Source of the DNA: Podarcis melisellensis
Lineage: Eukaryota
DNA length: 64,000 nt
Direction: 5' to 3' (one strand)
Assembly (NCBI GenBank): GCA_964234715.1
Contig: OZ174284.1
Part shown: positions 11,901-24,705 of the stretch, piece by piece
Position numbering within the stretch: the stretch's first letter is position 1
How the letters are laid out: each line of letters starts with the position of its first letter
Translations under genes and position numbers: made by a program
The notes under the pieces: generated by a model
What the model saw: only the letters and a program-made list of their open reading frames with translations
Database searches by the model: none
Told to the model about the DNA's origin: nothing

Positions 11901-14178
11901 TGAACATTTTTTGCACTGCAAACTGATTTATTATTTGTTTGTTTTCATCTCAGAATGGATTGCTAGATATGCAGCTTCAGTTGTGGATCCTGCTGAACTG
12001 AAGACAGAAGTGGATGCTTTCATGCAGGCCTATGACAAGAAGGTTGCAAAGGTATGCATTGCTGAAAATATAATGGTATTAGCCAAGCATGCCCTTCCCT
12101 TGAAGGGTCCTTTGGATTCAGCATCACTTGTCTTGGTTATGATCAGCATTGACTGGGTAGAGACCCAGTGTGATGTAGTGATTAGAGGCTGGAAGACTAG
12201 AGTTTACATACTCAGCCATGAAGTTCACCTGGTGTCTTGGACCACTCATCAACTGATGAGCAGGGATTAAATCCTGCTGCCTTGGCTGCATGATCCTGTT
12301 CCATGTTGGGAGCAGGGTGTGCAGCCAATGCAGGAGTCAACCCTGTTCTCCACCAGTGATGGCAGCTGATGGGTGGGCATGCTTTGAAGGAAATAACCTT
12401 GTGAGGCAAATTGGACCCCCTGGTGGGCCAAGATTTGTCTGTTGGCTGGAGGTTCCCCACCTCTGGGGTGAATCTAGAATTGAAATGTTGAATGGAACAC
12501 ATTGTCTATATTTCTGGGTTGCTGATAACACAATCCTGCTTTCTTCAGAAAGCCCTTTTCACATGGCAAAAGGCTTTGCACTGGGCTCTTTTGCTCAAGG
12601 GCTGTGAAGTTGGGCAGGGCACCTTCTGAAATTATAAACAGTATTTCTGAGCTCGGGTAGGGCTGGGGATGTATCAATATATTGCCCAAAACTGTTTTGA
12701 AGCCCATATTGTGATACTGGTTTCATAGTTTTTGACCTGGCAATATATAGTGAGTGAGTGTGTGTGTGTGTGTAAAAATCACAATGAGGGGAAAACAGTG
12801 AAGCTAGCCAGTGCCTTAAAAGCCATCCTTATTTCAGACATTGTGATATATTGGTATATGGTGTTGTTTAGCTGGTGATATATTGCCCAGCCTTACTCAG
12901 GGGGAAGCTGTGAGCTTAAAGCAGCCTCTTCTGACCAGGCTTGAGATGGCTCTTTTTATTGATGCAGGAAGAAGCCAAAGCTGAGAAGGAAGATGGCATC
13001 CCGGATGAGGAAGGGTGGGTGAAAGTGACAAGGAAAGGTCGAAGGCCTGGGCTCCCTCGGACTGAAGCAGCCAACTTGCGGGCGCTGGAGAGGGAGAAGC
13101 GCAAAAGGGCACGCAAGGAGCTGCTCAATTTCTATGCTTGGCAGCATCGTGAGACCAAGAGGGAACGTGAGTCATTTCCTCTTCATCTGATCTCTCAATT
13201 CTGTGCAATATTTGATGCAATAGAATGTCATCTAATTTGAATAGCATACGTATTTACGGGACTCTAATTCACACCTCAATTTTCAAAATCTTGAAACCAA
13301 AAAAGTATTTGCTGATGCCATTATATCTAACACGCTCCCTAATTTTTGCAATGTAAGGAAAAGGTAAAGAGACCCCTGACCATTAGGTCCAGTCGTGGCC
13401 GACTCTGGGGTTGCAGTGCTCTATTAGCCAAAGGAGCCGGTGTACAGCTTCCGGGTCATGTGGCCAGCATGACTAAGCCGCTTCTGGCGAACCATAGCAG
13501 CGCACAGAAATGCCGTTTATCTTCCCGCCGGAGCGGTACCTGTTTATCTACTTGCACTTTGACGTGCTTTCAAACTGCTAGGTTGGCAGGAGCAGGGACC
13601 GAGCAACAGGAGCTCACCCCGTCACGGGGATTTGAACCACCCACTTCTGATCAGCAAGCCCTAGGCTCTGTGGTTTAACCCACAGTGCCACCTGCATTCC
13701 AAATTTTTGCAATGTACTTTGGCCAAAAAGTGTGCATTACATTCGAGTAAATATGGTATTCTTTGCCAGCTTGAATTTTGGTGAAAATGTAGGAACATCT
13801 GAAGGAGCTTAGTTGCTGTTTTCTGAACAGTTTAGATTGTCAGGTGTTTTTGTGGAAGGGCGGATTTTTAGCTTCCAGCATTCTTCTGAGTGTTTTTATT
13901 TCAACAGTAGCATGTTCTCATTACTATGCTTGCTCAGGAGATGTCTACAAACCTTGCCACCTTTAAGGCATCAAACCATCCCAGAACTTGGACAGTGGGG
14001 AACGTTAACTCAAATATGCTAAAGGAGCTTTTTCCTGCTGTGATACTGGTTCTTTCTCTGCTTTATCCAATCTCTCCTTTGTGTGTTTTCAGACATAGCT
14101 CAACTAAGGAGGAAGTTTGAAGAGGACAAGCAGAAAATTGCTCTCCTACGGGCGCAGCGGAAGTTTCGGCCCTACTGA
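5566..14178 (+). CDS. RRP7A: Ribosomal RNA-processing protein 7 homolog A, 279 aa
   Basis: Exons 5566-5629, 6598-6740, 9274-9399, 10048-10171, 11954-12051, 12968-13166, 14093-14178 (840 nt, all GT-AG, phases consistent). Motifs PLGYAAIPVKF, RTLFVLNVPPYC, GFKVAYVVF, PDEEGWVKVTRKGR, LLNFYAWQHRE, RKFRPY*. AATAAA at 14983. Confidence 0.97.
6827..7062. mobile_element. Tigger-like MITE in RRP7A intron 2
   Basis: Imperfect TIRs CAATGGTACCTC...GAGGTATGACTG with TA flanks. Confidence 0.65.
8291..9112 (+). mobile_element. Solo LTR (Ty3/Gypsy-like) in RRP7A intron 2
   Basis: TGTCAG...CTGACA inverted ends, exact 5-bp target-site duplication GTAGT (8286-8290 and 9113-9117), AATAAA at 9041, GC/purine-rich interior unlike its flanks. 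Confidence 0.85.
12658..12895. mobile_element. hAT-type MITE (TAGGGCTGGG termini)
   Basis: TAGGGCTGGG...CCCAGCCTTA termini; same family as 21232-21456. Confidence 0.65.
13249..13756. mobile_element. Tc1/mariner MITE interrupted by a Sauria SINE
   Basis: TA-CGTATTTAC...GTAAATATGG-TA termini surround the SINE at 13356-13701. Confidence 0.65.
13356..13701 (-). mobile_element. Sauria SINE (lacertid type)
   Basis: Reverse complement has the tRNA-like head GTGGCACTGTGGGTTAAACCACAGAGCCTAGG, core GCAAGTAGATAAA.AGGTACCGCTCCGGCGGGAAG and an ACCTTT tail. 15-bp TSD AATTTTTGCAATGTA at 13341-13355 and 13702-13716. Confidence 0.92.
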
Positions 14179-14452
14179 GTTGCAGATCTACAGCTATTCT
14201 GAAAAGAACGGCAGCCACAGTAAGAAGTTCATTGCTGGGATAATTTTGACTTTTTCTCCTTTCTCCTCTAATATCTCCTGGAGTGTGATGGATGCAGCAG
14301 ACGATGAGGGTTTGGAAATGAAATCATCTTGTTTGCTCTGACACTGTAACACGGGCAGTTTCATAAGCTGCCTTCTTCCCCTTTGAGGAATTCTAAGGCT
14401 GCTGTTCAAATGAAACAGACATGTAAATGTTTGTTTTTATATTTGTGATATA

Positions 14453-14709
14453 CCGTATTTTTTGCTCTATAAGATGCACAAGACCATAAAACACACCTAG
14501 TTTTTGGAAGAGGAAAACAAGAAAAAAAATTCTGAATCCTGTGAGCCAGGACAGCCTGTGGAATCGCAGTGCAGCGATCCTGCTGCCTGTTCTGGCTTAT
14601 GGGATAGCCGTGCAGAGCCTCCCGCCTGCATTCGCTCCATAAGATGCACACACATTTCCCCTTACTTTTTAGGAGGGGGAAAGTGCGTCTTATAGAGTGA
14701 AAAATACGG
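14453..14709. mobile_element. Tc1/mariner MITE in the RRP7A 3' UTR
   Basis: TIR CCGTATTTTTTGCTCTATAAGATGCAC / GTGCGTCTTATAGAGTGAAAAATACGG with TA flanks. Confidence 0.85.
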
Positions 14710-15617
14710 TACATCAAGTTTCTTGTTCTCGTCATTTTCACCAATACACGACTTTTAGGTAGGAATTTTTACTGGACAATCTGTGTGCCACACAACCTGT
14801 CAAAGAACAGCTGCTTCCCTAGCTTGTACAACCTTGCATCTCTCCTGTAAATACCTATGCTATGGATGCAAGCGGCACCTTGGAAAAGCAGACCTGTCAG
14901 AGGCTTATTTTGTGAAGCCAAAAAGAACATCTCAGTAAAATTTCTCCTACTCTATTAGTCCCCTCAATCTGTATCACCAAACAATAAATTATTTTGAGAG
15001 ATTGAAACTGTTTAGAGCATGGGTTGGTAAACTAAGGTCTGCAGGCCGGATCAGGCCCAATTGCATTCTAAATCCAGCCCGCAGACGATCCAGAAATCGC
15101 TGTGTGGATTTACAGCACACAAGTTCTTTCCTCCTCCCACCCTCCTGGCTTCTCCCCGCCCTGCCTAGAGGTATTTAAAATTGTATGAGCAAAGAAGTAC
15201 AAGTGCAAGCTGCAACAAACTTAGTTTTAATACCTAAACTAGCATGAGTGGCTAAAATGTTTCCTTTACTGAACTAACAGTTGTTACCTAGTTAGAACAC
15301 CTGGCTCTGGCCTAGAAAATCATAATCCAGTACATGAATTGACATTTTAAGACAAATCCACTCACCCACCGTATGTGTAACTGGACTAAGGCACTCATGA
15401 AGAACTGAATCTGACTGAGCTGTTCAGTAGAAACAGAACCAAGAATTGTTTGTGCTAAATGTCTGTGCAAGCTGTCCCCACTGCGCCACAAGGTAGTTGT
15501 GCAAGATACCCTGCAGGTCCCACAGCAGCCTCCTCACTTAAAGCAGGACTGAATCTTTCGAAGGCATCCATCTGTTCTCTAGGAAGGGTTAGTCATGATG
15601 ATGTAGGCAGGCACTGC

Positions 15618-18600
15618 TTATAGGCTGGCTCTGGGTTTCTGGTCCTTATTTAAGAAGGTGTTGACGATCCCGGCCACAACTTGGGGCTCATTCAGGTGGA
15701 CAAAATGATTGCCAGCAACTTCCACAAACTGGTAACGCTAAGAATAAGGGAGAATACAGTGAGAGATGGACCATGGGAAAGAACACTCAGAAATATGGAA
15801 CAATGAAACTTAACATTAAATGCTAGGAGTTATAATAGGGAGGCTGGATTAGCCCATCCAGAAGCATCTACAACTGGCAGTGAAAGGGTCTAAAGCAATT
15901 CAGTAGTTTTACTGAACACTTAACCACACCTGTGTTCAGTGTGGGCTTAAAAACAATCACACATTCTGTACAAGCTCATTTTGCATAATTCTGCTTCAAC
16001 TCCAGGGGAGAGGCAGAGAGGTAGGAAAGTGACCCTCTCTCTGCACACTGGAAATGCTGCTCAAGCTGCACTGTTTTTTCTTCTTTCACTGACCCCTTCC
16101 CCTCCGTTTTAGTCCACCTATCCAAGCAGGAGGCGAAATCCTGATCAGCCAAGGCAAACAAAAATAATGGTGCATTTGGGGAGCATCGGCAGAGCACGGG
16201 AGACATCCCTTCCATTGCCTATGCCAGGCACCCCCAACCTGCAGCCCTCTAGATGTTTTGGTCTACAACTCCCATGATCCCTAGCTAACAGGACCAGTGG
16301 TCAGGGATGATGGGAATTGTAGTCCAAAACTTCTGGAGGGCTGAAGTTTGGGGATGCCTGGCCTATGTGCCTTTCTTTCTCCCTTTCCTGTCATTTTTAC
16401 AAACTCCACAAAAGGGATTTTGACAGTTGGGTGAGGCAACCTGCCTGTCAATCATGTGGCATCAAGGTTGGCCTGCAGGAAGAGGCCAGAGTTCCCCAGG
16501 CCTACTACAGCCCTTTAAGCCTATCTTATAACTGGGGGGGGGGTGTGGTGGGTGTCTATCCAGCTGTTCTCCTACTGCCTCCTTTGCCACCTCTCTCTTC
16601 CCACTGAATACATGGAAACCCCAAGCGAGAAAAGCAACTGCCCAGCAAAGCCAATGCAAAACGGCTCAGAGCAAGTTTGTGTTCCCCTCAGGACTTGCAC
16701 TCACCTCTTTTAGGCTGGTCCTGAATGCTTCCTCAAGTGGCTCTACAAAGTATGGGACGCTACCTTTAGTAGGATTGGTAAAAATCCCATTTTCTGCTCT
16801 AGAATAAAACAATCAGCTCTTAGTTCTGGTTGCACATAAGAACACAAAGTTCAAATCATCTGCATGCTAGAATTTTCCAAGAAATAGAAGAGGGTGCTGG
16901 AGATTGCATTAGCTTTGTGGATAACCTGAACAGATCCTTCTCACTTGTACCATTGAAAAAAGGATAGATTAGATTTGGGGTGTATCGGGTGTTACAGTAG
17001 GGAAAGCACTTCTGGGGTAGTTTGTTCACCTTTGGTCCCCACCCTGCACTCAGCTCTCATCTGGGCCACCTAGAAGCTATCAGCATGCAACAGTGGCCGC
17101 AGTCCAGAAACAGGCTGGCTAAATCAGGTGAGTGCAGCTGCTGGGTCTCAAATCCTCAGCGAGTCAGGGACTTCACCTGCATGTGGACAGGCTCTGGCAG
17201 ATTGAGCGGATGAGACCAATAGTGGGTCCACCAGCAAGAAGGTGGTTTGTGCACACGGTGCAGAGAGAAGTGAGAGGCAGGGAGGGCTTATCAACCTGGA
17301 AAGGGAGCCACCTGGGAGAGGGGGGAAACTGATCCTAAACCTCCGTTGCCTTGCAGAATATCTTCTGGAGAAGAACAGGCTAAGAAGTAAACCCTGCACA
17401 AATCCAGAATGGAGTCCTTAAGACAGCTGGATGGCGCCCTGTACACCTCCTTCCGGCAACTACTGCAGCCAAGCTGGAGGACCACATCAGAGAGGCTGAG
17501 AAGGGGGACATCATCTGGGCAGCCCAGAGCCTCCATACACCGCCCAGGGTTGTGCCACGGGAAGGTCACTTAAGTGCTGTTAACGCAGCTGTTTGACTTC
17601 ACCCCGGAGGTGCACTCCATTGTCCCTCAAGACAGACGGATGCCAACAACAAACTAGATTGGCTAAGAATGTGGCTAAGCTGGTATTTAGCACAACCTCA
17701 ATATATTTTCATAATTTTTAAAGGAGTGATGCTCCGTGGACCCAGATGGAAGTAGGCCTACTGAAAATAGTAGGACTTCATTGGAAGTAAACATGCGTAA
17801 GACTGCACTGCACTTGGAATACTACTCTGCAACTACTCTGTAGTTTAGGCACTACAGGAGTGCTGTGAGGAGGACTGATTCAGTCTTATGCTTGGGGCTG
17901 ATCAGTGAAGCAATCCATTTTTCTTCATTCTCTGCCCCTGCCTCTCTTTTTCTCTCAGGCAGATCTACTAGGCACTGGTTACATCTGCGTGTCACTTACC
18001 TGATCATCAGTATATCAGCCTCAATTTTCTTCAGGATGTGGCAGCATTGATCCAGAGATACAAAACTGTGGTTCTGCTACATATGTTATAAAATGACAAA
18101 TAAGGAACATAACTCATCTAGTCTGTTTGACTGGCTTAGCACACATGGAGTTTCTTCTAGAACCTGATGGTTTTCATGCATTCCTGAAAATCAACCCAAT
18201 ACTATGCTCCCCCTTTATTCTGTATTGGGGGAGAGAAAATGGAGCAGGTAACCCCACTTTACCCTCTGCTGCCAATCAACGGGCAGGGGGGCAATAGGAG
18301 GTGCTCCACAAATGGCATTGCTCTTGCCAATACCTGGCCACAGGTCAACAGTCTTTTGGTCCTTGAAACTGAAATACCAGTTGTCTACAAAAATGCTTTC
18401 CATCAGAAAAGCCATATGGAGTTAGCCAGAAATAGGTGGCAATTAAATATTCCCGTGTTCTGCAATGTAGCCAACAAAGGCTCTCACTGCAATTTTTGTG
18501 ACGTGGCAACTAAGGTTAGAGGACCAACATTAACAAAGCTAGCCAATGCCTGAGCAGGGCTTTGAGCAAGGACTAATTTGTGTACCTCCAATATCCTTTG

Positions 18601-21600
18601 GGTGGATGAAAAATACAGGGGAAAACATTCAACAGAACTAGATCAGAACTTACCACAAGGACCCTTAAATCTCTGTTATAAACCAAACCTAGAGAAAGAG
18701 AAGAATCACATCTCACATTTTGTACAACTTGTTTTTCTCCAAACTTTCCCCTGGCTTCTTTCTCTTAACACAGCTGGGGGGGGGGGAGTTATTCTATAAA
18801 TGGTAAGTTTAACTGGCTGTCACAATTAAAATTTAAATACCTGGAAAGAGGACTGCACAGTGTTCTGTAAGAGGATGCACAACTCCTAAAAGACCAGGTT
18901 TATACTGGTGGGGGCAGGGGGGTGTCTCCTGGACACTATCTATGGAAGCCTCACAGGTGGTGTTGGTGACTAAGAGTGCCTTTTAACAGCTTAGGTTGCC
19001 TCATCATCTGTGACCCATTCTGCAGAAAGTGGACTTGGCCTCAGTGGCACATGCCCTGGTTACAGCCAGACTGGACTGTATGGGGCTGCCTTTAAACATG
19101 GTCTGGAAACTTCAGCTGGTACAGAATGCGGCACTAGGATGTTTGTGGACAACAGGCACTCGGAGCATATAGCACATATTCCATTTCAGTTGTATTAACT
19201 GCTCAGTGTAAATTACTGGTGGTAAAAAGTAAAGCTCTAAACTGTTTGGACAAGGTTATTTGAATATGGGCCTTAAGAATGGCCTTGCAAGGACCCTCTC
19301 AGAGATTGTGGCCAAAATCCATCAGACTGGCGAACCCTCGAGATTGACCTATTCAGCGCCTAAGAACTCCCTCCCATAAGTAGCATCTCTGGACTGAAAT
19401 GGGTTTTAACTCTGACCTTAGTAAACTTCTTAATTTCAAACTGCTGCTGTTTTTAAATTTTGTAATTTGTTTGCTTTTATGGTTTCAACAATCCCTTCAT
19501 AAATTGCCTTGGAAGGCAGCACGCCAGTACAATCATACAAACAAGATCAGTTCTGAATATTTAGCCACAGAATGCGCCACCAATTGTGCTAGATCATTTT
19601 AGATCTTCAGGCAGTCAGACCACTGGGCCAGCTAGCCACTAGTGCAATGGGCAGCAGGTCTCTAGTGTCTCACACAAGACTGCAACAGTCCCCTGCCACC
19701 AAAGATGCCAGCTATTAAACCTGAGACCTCGCATGTGCTCTGCTCCCCTAATTGCTGGTGCGGTGAAACACAACAGGCACCTCTTTGTATCTCAGCCTCT
19801 TACCTCCTGCCACCTCAGAGGCCCCTCGCTCCAGCAGTACCTTAGCACTCTCTTCTGTTAGCTGGCTGTTTGCTTCCATTAACCTAAGCAAGTTAAGCAG
19901 AAACATGTACAACTTTGTCATTAAGCTGGAGGCAAGAACTGCGTTCTTAGTAATGCCACCTCCAACTAATCCCTCCTCTTATCAAATGTTACCCAGCCAC
20001 ATTTGTCCATCCTGAATCTTGTTCAGCTCTTGTACAACACTGATGCCCTGTACACTTCAGAAAGCATTCAATGGTGATGCCATCAAACAGGACCCTGGAC
20101 CTGGCAAATCACTGATATGAACCAGGGACACCAGTTATGTTCCTTTTTTGGGGGGGGGTGACAAAAAAAGTGGGTGGTATTCAACCAAGTTTTACTCGAG
20201 TGGAACCACTGAAATTAACAAACACGACTAAGTTAGGTTTGGGAAGGCATTTTAGCTAAGTACCTAAGTTCTGAGCACCATTTCCTTGGTTGTCTTTTCC
20301 CCCCCCCCCCCCATTCTAATATCTTGGTTTTGATTCTCCAAGGGAGCCAGTGTGATGCAGTGATCAGAATGTTGGAGACAAGGGTTCAAATCCTCACTCA
20401 GCTGTGAAGCTCACTGGGTGACCTTAGGCCAGTCACTGCCTCTCAGCAATAACCTACCCTCACAGGGTTGTGGGCATTAAATGAGGAGGAGGAAAATCAT
20501 GCACGCCATCTCGAGCTCTTTGGAGAAAAAGGCGGGATATAAATGCAATAAATAAAATAAAAGAACATTTCCTTTTTCAGAATAATGGATTTGGAAAGAG
20601 GCAGGACGGACCTTGCTGTATCCCCAAGGACGAAACACCCAACAGTTGCCAGAGACCAAAGAAGGGAACTCACCTCTGAAGGGCTGCTTCAGGGCTGCGT
20701 ACTTTGGGGGAATGGTACTTGCTGGTCTCAAAATTCAGCAGTTCCTCAATTACCTCCCGCTGGGACTTGCAAATTTTCTCCAATTCCTATAAATCAGACG
20801 TCATCTGCTTTCAGAAGTCTGTTACACCCAAAGCCCCTCACAAGGTATACAAAACAACAACATTAGTATTAGCTTCTTGGGAAGGTAAGACAAAAGTAAA
20901 GGAATTAAAAGGGTTAGCTCTTTCTATGCACTCTGACACCACTAGGCCTCACTTCCAATGCCATGCTGCCTTCCAACCTCACCTCTAAACGTGAGAAAGC
21001 ATCTCTAGGGGTGAACAGCAACCTCGGCTTCTTTTCTGTATGTAATCCCGGGCCCCTTTGATAACCCTGCCAACAAGAGAGCCAACAAACAATGACAGAG
21101 CCTGGGCAGTGGCTTTTGTGGGAGGAAATCCTAGGATCGAGAGCCAATTAAATTCCCTGAAAGTCACACACACAAACGTGTCCTGATTAAGCTCATGTCA
21201 TTCTGTGCAACCAATAAACATTGGACAGGACTAGGGATGGGCGGTATATCAATATATCTTCCCAAATCAGTTTGAAGTCCATATTGTGATATTGCGTTTC
21301 ATAATTTTTGACCTGGCAATATATCGCAAATCATGATGTGTGTGCAAAAGTCACCTTGTGGGGAAAACTGAAGCCAGTCAATGCCTCTACATAGTTCAAC
21401 CCTTATTTAGCTCATGACATATCCCGATGTTGAAAACCAGATATCGCCCAGCCTTAGACAGAACAATGCTGTATTAGTATAATAGACCTCTTAGAGACCC
21501 CTGAGTTATAGATCAAATTCTTTGTATCCCATCACTGGCACATGCAGTTGCTGATTTTGGGAGAGAAAAGCTTTTTGTCTACACATTTTGACTGACTCCA

Positions 21601-24600
21601 AGACTGCCATGAGAGCTGGGTTAAATCACATCCCAGAAACTTAAGCATGCAAGGGAGGGAAGTTTGCCTTTCACCCACTGCCTCTACAATTGCAAGAAAT
21701 ACTTTCCAGCTGGAAAAAAAACTTAAATTTTAATTAAATGTTTATTTTATATATTGCCCTGCCTCTCTCCCAGTGCTGGAGCCAAGATGGTTCACAGGAT
21801 ATATGAAAACAGATTTACTTATCTATTTTCTGATAAAACCAGCACTTAAAAGACGTAAAAGTGGCAGTGGTAGAAAAGTCTCATCGTGTGGGGAGTAGCA
21901 ATCACCTTTCCTGCTCCTTTTCAGTAATTAACACACCTCTGGGAATGGCTCTTTTCAAAGTTAATTTATCCACTGGCTGGTCCTAAATCTACACGTGATG
22001 CTAAGCCTGAACTGTTGGCTCCTCCCAATAGAATCATAGAATTGTAGAGTTGGAATGAATCTAAAGGGCCGTCTAGTCTAAACTCCTGCAAAGCAGGAAT
22101 CGCAGTAACCACAGACTTCCGGTTTCTTTGACAACATATTCAGACCGTTGTGCCTCTCTTCTTTGCAAATCTGCCTCATAACTCTGTAAATCTACAGCAC
22201 TAAAGGAAAGGGGTGTGAGTTCCCTAACAAGAGGGATAATCCACTTGACTACCGTACTTTTCCGTGTATTAGACAAGGTTTCCCCCCTCAAAACAAACAG
22301 GATGTCTTATCCATAGTGCATTTTGGTGTTGTGGGATTTGTTGCTTCCTCTAGCCTGAGATAGTCAGCGGTGTTATGAGTGGCTGCAACAAGGGCTGGTG
22401 TGGATTTGCTGTTGCTGCGGCTTCTGGCTCCAATGGAACAGCTTAATAGGTGGGTTTTGCACATGCGCGGCAGTGCAGGTCTGATGTGTGAGCAATCTCC
22501 TCCAGAGACAGCGCGTCCCACATCACCAGTGCCGCCACCAGAGACTGGGCGTCTCTGCGGCCGGAGGTGCCCAGCAAGGGCTTGTCGCTTCCCGCAGCCC
22601 CGGCATGAGCCATTCCCTCTGTGGGGAGCCGAAGGATAATATAGTAACGAAAAGGAGATGATTGATTCACTGCCCTCTTCATCCTCTGCCTTCGCCACTT
22701 CAGTTCACCTTAGCTGTGGCTGCCCGTTGCCTTCATGTTCTTCTCCCCTCACTCTTGTCCCCGCTTCCCTCAATAAATAAGAACGCGTGTGAGCCGCCCC
22801 TGTCACCAGCAAGGCAGGCAGGCAGCAGCAGCGCCACCACAGAGCAAGTCAGTCCATGGTTGGAGGAGGAGGAGTAGAGTACAGAGGGCAGGAGTCACCT
22901 CATAGCAACGCAATGGCGTTCCTCCTCCTCCTCCTCGCCTCAGGCTCTGCTGGGTTACACTGCTGCCTGCCTGCAGGAAACAAGGACAGCAAGAAGAGGG
23001 GGAATGAACCAGGGGGAGCCATTTTCTTTAGTTTGCGTCCCCAAAAATAGGGGTCGTCTTATAGATGGGGGCGTCTTATACATGGAAAAATATGGTAAGT
23101 TGTTGAGGCAAATAGGCATGAGTCCGTGTAGCAAGCAATTTGCACTTGCCCAAATGGCACGGGTGGCTGCTCAACTCACATCAGGGTTCCAGCCCACATC
23201 TGTGATTTTAAAAATTGCTAATTACATATATTGTGTTTAGCGTCTAGCCTAGGCCTGAGTAAAGCGAATAGTTGTGGTGCTGCATCTACAGCAGCAGCCC
23301 TGGGCACTGTCAAAAAGGCACAAGTATTTTGTCCAACCTACTTGCCATGTACCCACTAGCCTTCCACCTTAGAATGGAGGGCAGAGGTGGGGCTGCCTCC
23401 CATATGCCCCACACCAGGCTCAACACTACCTCAAAAATAACCACCTTCTATTAGCAAAGAAACTTATATAGCTTCTTCAGTTCATGCCACTTCTCTCAAC
23501 TATACTGCAAGGGTAGCAAAAAAAATATAGAATTTAACCTGAGGTGCAGGATAAAAACCATACGATTCCACCAGGATCAGCTTGTCCACCAGTTCGGGGA
23601 AAATACTAGAGAACTAGGAAGACAGAGGGAAAAAGAAAGGAAGTTTAGCTCTTTTACCGCAGGAACAAAAAGTGTAATTTCTATCACCTCTGCCTAGATA
23701 TCATTTCTTATTCTCTTGTGTGTTCGTCACAGAAAAAAAACTGTGTTTTGAGAAGAGACATTTCTATATAGATAAGTGAGTTCTGCAACAAAATGTTGCA
23801 ATGTAGAATACTCCTCTGGAGGATGGTCCAGTCTTTGTCCACTTCCTTTGGTTTTCTATTAAATTTCCAATAGCCAGACAGCATTCCTTGCCTACTGAGC
23901 ATGCTCAGTCTTCACTGGGCTATTTTTAATTTTAAAAACCCCTCTCTTATTAAGAGTTTGTTTCCTAAATATGTATTTGTACTTCTGAAAAGCTGAGGGT
24001 CTTCAGCCTGCCAACCCGTCCCTCTTGGGGATGGATGGTGAAGGTTTGGCAAAATAAAGACTAGCACTCAGAGAAAGGAGACTGCTATTAGTGTAGATAA
24101 GTGGGAGCCACAGCAAAGTGTTGCAGTCTATGGTGCTGCTGTTCAAGATCCCAGCCCTTCTATTCCTACTTCCCCCACCCCAAAATTTTATCCTCCACCC
24201 TAACTGAGTCAGCATTGTGTGGCCACTTAATTCTCATTGGGCTATTGGGGGGTGTTTCTTGTTTTTCTCTTTTCCCTCGTGCCTACGGGACCACCTCTCT
24301 CTCTATGTCCCACAGAGGAACTTACGGTCTTCAAGCAAAAACATCTTGGAGGCTGTGGCTCCGATCTGGTGGAACGCTCTGTCACAAGAGACTAGGGCCC
24401 TGCGGGACTTGACATCTTTCCGCAGGGCCTGCAAGACAGAGCTGTTCCACCAAGCCTTTGGCCAGGGCACAGCCTGACCCCGTCCTTTGGCAATCCTCAC
24501 AGAACTCTAGCCCAATGGTTGCCATTAATTTAATTTGAATTTATTTTATAATGAAATGATTTTAGAATGTTGTACTATTTTATTGTTGTTAGCCGCCCTG

Positions 24601-24659
24601 AGCCCGGCTTCAGCTGGGGAGGGCAGGATATAAATAAAATTATTTATTATTACTATTAC

Positions 24660-24705
<46 letters not shown>

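Noticed and set aside
20341-20420. tRNA gene
   Set aside because: It is the degenerate tRNA-like head of a SINE present in several copies, with no cloverleaf.
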